Positions 59,695 to 64,000 of a stretch of DNA of 64,000 nt are shown one piece after another. The translations under genes were made by a program, and so were the position numbers. Source of the stretch: an uncultured delta proteobacterium (GTDB lineage: Bacteria > Desulfobacterota > Desulfomonilia > UBA1062); the NCBI GenBank assembly GCA_963847605.1, contig CAWKAM010000008.1:78084-142083 (forward strand). Direction: 5' to 3'. The notes under the pieces were generated by a model. It was not told where the DNA came from and did not search any database. It saw only the letters and a program-made list of their open reading frames with translations. Each line of letters begins with the position of its first letter. Within the stretch, counting starts at the first letter, position 1.

Positions 59695-60568
59695 GGTAAA
59701 AGCCATACAATACTTTTCAATCCTAAGCAGCCTGCTTATTCTTCAGGGGTGCGCATTCGTCTCGTTTGACCTGGAGAGTTTCATGCAGTTCCAGCCCTAT
59801 GAGGAGCGAGTACTTAAAGAAGGTTCAAAAGACAAGATCCTTGTGGTTGAGGTGCTTGGAATCATCACCACTACCACTATGAGGGATAGCTTCATACCCA
59901 GGCAGGGAACCCTCGAAAGAATGGATGGGGTTCTGGAGATGGCAAGACAGGACAAGTCCATTAAGGGTATTCTGCTCAAGATCGATTCACCTGGTGGGGG
60001 TGTAACGGCATCCGATCTGGTTTTCAGAGAGATCAAAGACTTCAAGGAGTCCCGCAAGATTCCGATCGTAGCTTGTATAACAGGCCAGGGCACGTCAGGC
60101 GCTTATATGGTGGCCCTGGCTGCAGATCACATCGTCGCACTGCCCTCTGCAGTAGTTGGTAATGTGGGTGTGCTGCTGCCTTCCATCAGTCTGGAAGGGC
60201 TCATGGACAAACTTGGCATCAAAAACCAGACATTAACCTCGGGAAAGCTCAAGGACTCCGGCACTCTATTGCGCGATATGAACAAGGATGACAAGGCCAT
60301 CCTGGAGGGGATCGTTACAGAATTCAGTCAGGATTTTATTACCAAGGTAAAAACCATCAGACCGGTGAAACCCGAAGACCTTGCTATAATCGAGGATGGC
60401 CGGGTAATGACTGCTTCAACCGGCATGAAATATCATCTCATCGATCAAGTGGGTTACTACGAGGATGCCATGAAGACTATGGAATCGCTTTCTCAAACAA
60501 AATCCCCCACTGTTGTCGTGTACCGGAGAAAAGGAGAGAATAAGGGAGGATTCTATTCGTGGCCGTAA
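59687..60568 (+). CDS. sppA: signal peptide peptidase SppA (S49, 36K type)
   Basis: ACITGQGTSGAYMVALAADHIVA catalytic Ser region. Start at MNKVKA with GGGGGTGAG upstream. Confidence 0.75.
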   Translation: MNKVKAIQYFSILSSLLILQGCAFVSFDLESFMQFQPYEERVLKEGSKDKILVVEVLGIITTTTMRDSFIPRQGTLERMDGVLEMARQDKSIKGILLKIDSPGGGVTASDLVFREIKDFKESRKIPIVACITGQGTSGAYMVALAADHIVALPSAVVGNVGVLLPSISLEGLMDKLGIKNQTLTSGKLKDSGTLLRDMNKDDKAILEGIVTEFSQDFITKVKTIRPVKPEDLAIIEDGRVMTASTGMKYHLIDQVGYYEDAMKTMESLSQTKSPTVVVYRRKGENKGGFYSWP

Positions 60569-60760
60569 TACCCATTTAAGAATCAGCCCCTTCATGAAAG
60601 AATATATAAAAACATCTTCGATCATGTAAATAATTATGCCTGAATGATTGTTTATATTGCATCCGGTCACAACCGATTATATCTGTAATATGGTTCTGCA
60701 TAAGAATACCCTATTGAAGGGGTTGAGAGCTTAAGAGACAAACAGGAGGCCGATACATAC

Positions 60761-62065
60761 ATGACCATCATACCAAGCGGCGGTATGGAGATTAGGAGAT
60801 CGGGCCAGATGAAGGCCTATCTCGGGTCCTGTGTCGGTGTTGCCATTATTGATTCCAAACGGCACATAGGCGGCATGATCCATATCTTACTGCCTGAGCC
60901 GTTATGTGACATCCCTGAAACCCAGTTTACCTATTATGCAAGCTCAGGCATACCACTGTTCCTTAATTCACTCGCCGAGGAGGGTGCTGAAAAGGAAGAC
61001 CTTTCAGCCTATATTTCCGGTGGGGCACTCATCGACCCGAGCTCTCACCAAGACCTTGCGCTTAACATCGGCGGCAGAACCCTAGAAATCACGCTCAAGA
61101 TCCTAAAGGAAAACAACATTCCGATCAGATTCCTTGAAGCAAGCGGAATGATCGGATTTTGTATCATGCTGGACATAGACAAGGCCAAGTGTACTATAGA
61201 GCCCGTCATTCAAGAGACGCATAAAATGAAGGCACAGTCTTCTGCCATGCCGGCACTCGCTGAGATCGGCAAAATCATCGAGGATCTTCAGCCGGTCCCG
61301 CAGATTGCTCTGGGCATTGCAAGCATGATCTCTGATGAAATGACCGGAATCTCAACCATTGCTACCGAGATACGGAGAGATCAAGTCCTGACTGCTGAGG
61401 TCCTCAAATTGTGCAATTCCTCATACCTTGGGATATCGAGGAAGATAGAGACCATTGATGAGGCTATCTTAATCCTCGGGAGTAAGACCCTGCTCCAGTT
61501 GGTCATTACAGCACAGGCAGAAAAACTCCTTATGGGCTTTGAGAAGGGGTATTCACTGATGCGCGGCGGGCTATTCTATCATGCCATTGCAACGGCGCGG
61601 CTCAGTGAGAAGCTCTCGAGAGTACATAACAAGATCAGGCCTGATCTTGCCTATACAGCAGGACTTCTCCATGATATCGGCAAGGTAGTGCTTGACCAGT
61701 TTATGGCCCGCGTCCAACCCCTTTTCTACCGTATCCTGGTGGCCCATGGAGAAGACTCGAGTATCCTTGAGCAAAAAATCTTTGGCATAGATCACAACCT
61801 CGCAGGTCTTCATCTTGCTGAAAGCTGGAAACTCCCGGAAGTGATAAAAGATGTTATATTGTTCCATCATAATCCTGACAAGGCCATGAAAAACAAGGAT
61901 CTTGTCCACCTTGTCTACGTTGCCGATGCCATAGCCCAGAAGTTCCTTCCGGGATTCGAGATCGAGCATATTGATACCGTGCCATTCAAAGAAAGCCTGC
62001 ACTTCCTCTCATTGACCCCGGATATGATATCTGATGCCCTTGATGTATTGATAGATATCTTTTAG
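60761..62065 (+). CDS. CheD (chemoreceptor glutamine deamidase) - HDOD domain fusion protein
   Basis: N-terminal AYLGSCVGVAIIDSKRHIGGMIHILLP matches CheD. C-terminal HDOD pattern (GLLHDIGKVVL ... FHHNPD). Confidence 0.65.
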   Translation: MTIIPSGGMEIRRSGQMKAYLGSCVGVAIIDSKRHIGGMIHILLPEPLCDIPETQFTYYASSGIPLFLNSLAEEGAEKEDLSAYISGGALIDPSSHQDLALNIGGRTLEITLKILKENNIPIRFLEASGMIGFCIMLDIDKAKCTIEPVIQETHKMKAQSSAMPALAEIGKIIEDLQPVPQIALGIASMISDEMTGISTIATEIRRDQVLTAEVLKLCNSSYLGISRKIETIDEAILILGSKTLLQLVITAQAEKLLMGFEKGYSLMRGGLFYHAIATARLSEKLSRVHNKIRPDLAYTAGLLHDIGKVVLDQFMARVQPLFYRILVAHGEDSSILEQKIFGIDHNLAGLHLAESWKLPEVIKDVILFHHNPDKAMKNKDLVHLVYVADAIAQKFLPGFEIEHIDTVPFKESLHFLSLTPDMISDALDVLIDIF

Positions 62066-62070
62066 GCACA

Positions 62071-62130
62071 AGGTAAACGGCACAATGCAGATAGTGAGGG
62101 TTTTCTCTGTTAGCCCTGTGCCGTTTACCT
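62071..62130. terminator. 14-bp perfect inverted repeat (AGGTAAACGGCACA / TGTGCCGTTTACCT) between convergent genes; candidate bidirectional terminator
   Basis: Perfect 14-bp stems with a 32-nt loop. Lies between the stop of the CheD-HDOD gene and the stop of the minus-strand small gene. Confidence 0.35.
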
Positions 62131-62160
62131 TAAGTCGATTCCCCGGTTACTGGCCATCGG

Positions 62161-62427
62161 TCACTTATTTCCCTTTGCCTTCTGTATCAATTCCAGAAGC
62201 TGTGTAACCTTCGGTTTGGGAGTGGCGGTAATGGCTTCAATCTCCTCGGGTGTGAGGATTTCGCTCAGATAGGCTGTAATGTCGATACGTTCGTGCCAGC
62301 AGTCGAGGACCTTGCGGCACGGCAAAGTGGACCCAGGTGCCATGCAGTAGGTGAATAAGACCAGATGCCCGAGCATCGGGCATCTGGCCGTATAGTCATC
62401 ATAGGGTGACTTCGTTTTCCTTACCAT
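62161..62427 (-). CDS. small Cys/His-containing hypothetical protein translationally coupled to trpB2
   Basis: 88 aa. C17/C28/C37/C43 plus His residues. Start overlaps the trpB2 stop by 7 nt. Confidence 0.3.
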   Translation of the reverse strand: MVRKTKSPYDDYTARCPMLGHLVLFTYCMAPGSTLPCRKVLDCWHERIDITAYLSEILTPEEIEAITATPKPKVTQLLELIQKAKGNK

Positions 62428-63809
62428 TTCCCCGTTTTTGTGACTTTGGGTTTTGGGAGGCCATTGAGTGACTTGATTGACCTCCGGAGCTCTTCTTCAG
62501 GTAACGGATAATCCATGAGCTTGCCCTCCATGTAGCTCTCGTAACCCTTGAGGTCCATGAGCCCATGCCCGCTCCAGTTAAAGAGAATGACCTTCTCCTT
62601 GCCTTCTTCTCTTGCCTTGATTGCTTCATCGATCACTGCTGCAATGGCATGAGCTGTTTCAGGGGCGGGGATAAACCCTTCGGTCCTTGCCCACAGCATT
62701 GCACTCTCATAGCACTTGAGCTGATTCACGGCCCGCGGTGTGATCAGCCCCTCGACAGCTGCAGCGCTGACAAGGGGTGCCATACCGTGATACCGTAAGC
62801 CTCCTGCGTGAATGGGTGGCGACACGAATTCATGGCCTAAGGAGTGCATGGGCAGCAACGGAGTCATCTTGGCGACATCCCCGTGGTCGTAAGCAAAAGG
62901 CGCCCGTGTCAAGGTAGGACAGGACGTAGGCTCTACCGGGATAATGTCGATCTGGGCCCCATTGATTTTGTCCAGCACAAAGGGGAATGAGATGCCCGCA
63001 AAATTGCTCCCTCCGCCGGCGCACGCGATGACCACATCCACCTTTTTTTCATTGATCTTTTCAAGCTGTTTCTTGGCCTCAAGACCTATAATGGTCTGGT
63101 GGAGCATAACATGGTTCAGTACGCTCCCAAGGGAATATCTTGTCTTCCCGGTCGGGTCGGTGACTGCCGCTTCAACGGCCTCGCTGATGGCGATGCCTAA
63201 GCTGCCCGGCGTGTCCGGGTCCTTGGCAAGGACATCACGGCCTGCCTGAGTCAGGGTGGAGGGACTTGCAACACATTCCGCGCCCCACACATTCATCATA
63301 AGCTTCCGGAAAGGCTTCTGCTCGAAGCTGATCCGGACCATAAAAACCTTGCACTTCAGACCGATCAGGGCGCAGGCATATGACAATGCGCTCCCCCACT
63401 GCCCGGCTCCGGTTTCGGTGCAGATCTTTTCAATACCGAACTGTTTGTTATACCAGGCCTGGGGAATAGCGGTATTCGGCTTATGGCTGCCTGCGGGAGA
63501 AACGCCTTCATTTTTAAAATAGATCTTGGCCGGTGTCTTGAGGGCCTTTTCGAGATACACGGCCCTTTGCAGCGGTGATGGTCTCCATTGGTACAGGAGT
63601 TCGATAATACCCTCGGGGATGTCGATCCACCGCTGTTGGCTCACTTCCTGCTCGATGAGGTTCATGGGGAAAACCGGGGTAAGGGCTTCAGGCTTGACAG
63701 GGTTACCGTCAGGACCGAGCGGTGGCAGCAAGGGCGTCGGCAAGTCGGCTGCCAGGTTGTACCATTGTCTTGGGATCTCATCTTCTCGAAGAAAAACTTT
63801 CATGCACAA
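62421..63809 (-). CDS. trpB: TrpB-like (TrpB2) PLP-dependent tryptophan synthase beta-chain family protein
   Basis: [16 protein letters not shown] (Lys-PLP motif) and GGGSNFAG motifs. 462 aa, long N-terminus typical of TrpB2. Confidence 0.8.
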   Translation of the reverse strand: MCMKVFLREDEIPRQWYNLAADLPTPLLPPLGPDGNPVKPEALTPVFPMNLIEQEVSQQRWIDIPEGIIELLYQWRPSPLQRAVYLEKALKTPAKIYFKNEGVSPAGSHKPNTAIPQAWYNKQFGIEKICTETGAGQWGSALSYACALIGLKCKVFMVRISFEQKPFRKLMMNVWGAECVASPSTLTQAGRDVLAKDPDTPGSLGIAISEAVEAAVTDPTGKTRYSLGSVLNHVMLHQTIIGLEAKKQLEKINEKKVDVVIACAGGGSNFAGISFPFVLDKINGAQIDIIPVEPTSCPTLTRAPFAYDHGDVAKMTPLLPMHSLGHEFVSPPIHAGGLRYHGMAPLVSAAAVEGLITPRAVNQLKCYESAMLWARTEGFIPAPETAHAIAAVIDEAIKAREEGKEKVILFNWSGHGLMDLKGYESYMEGKLMDYPLPEEELRRSIKSLNGLPKPKVTKTGKW

Positions 63810-64000
63810 TCCTCCATAATATTATTTTATTACCTGTGTATGTCATAGACCTTCTCTCATCTATCCGGTCTGAGTTGGCAGACGATCATCAACTCTTTTT
63901 GGTGAGGGTGAATAGGTGTCCTGATAGCTTGAAAGGACCACTGCTTAAGTACCATCATATAAGTACAAAAATCACCATCACGCATTTCACTATACGCTCG

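Noticed and set aside
1-64000. CRISPR arrays, IS elements/transposases, integrases, rRNA and tRNA genes.
   Set aside because: No regularly spaced direct repeats, no transposase/integrase-like ORFs and no cloverleaf candidates were found on reading through the intergenic regions. The lower-GC islets therefore lack an obvious mobility gene within this window.

Overview
This 64 kb window is a chromosomal segment of about 55% GC that is most likely from a deltaproteobacterium-like anaerobe. That assignment is inferred from gene content (CheB/CheR-PAS fusion, HgdB-like dehydratase subunit, B12-radical-SAM, Fe-only ADH) and is not proven. Core content: lysC, a complete pentose-phosphate operon (gnd-like, tkt, tal, rpiB, zwf, pgl, rpe), PTS EIID-HPr-EI, smpB, tldD, sppA, nth and trpB2. 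There is a chemosensory/motor-stator block (CheB-CheR-PAS fusion, multi-PAS/GAF histidine kinase, single-domain REC, MotA, MotB). There is a beta-oxidation-like block on the minus strand (SDR, ADC-like, two acyl-CoA dehydrogenases, membrane-AraC). Three lower-GC islets look accessory. The first is an AbiEii/AbiEi (type IV TA / abortive infection) pair plus an AT-rich AbiEi-like orphan with a 22-bp hairpin at its 5' end. The second is an AT-rich islet with a 632-aa SAM-methyltransferase-motif protein next to a W/R/Y-rich secreted protein. The third is an outer-membrane hydrophobic-compound trafficking cluster (DUF1302-like, LolA-like, an 810-aa repeat lipoprotein, a lipoprotein and a FadL-like barrel). 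At least five conserved genes are interrupted by single-base frame changes at homopolymer runs, which points to indel sequencing errors rather than real pseudogenes. No rRNA, tRNA, CRISPR array or transposase was found.
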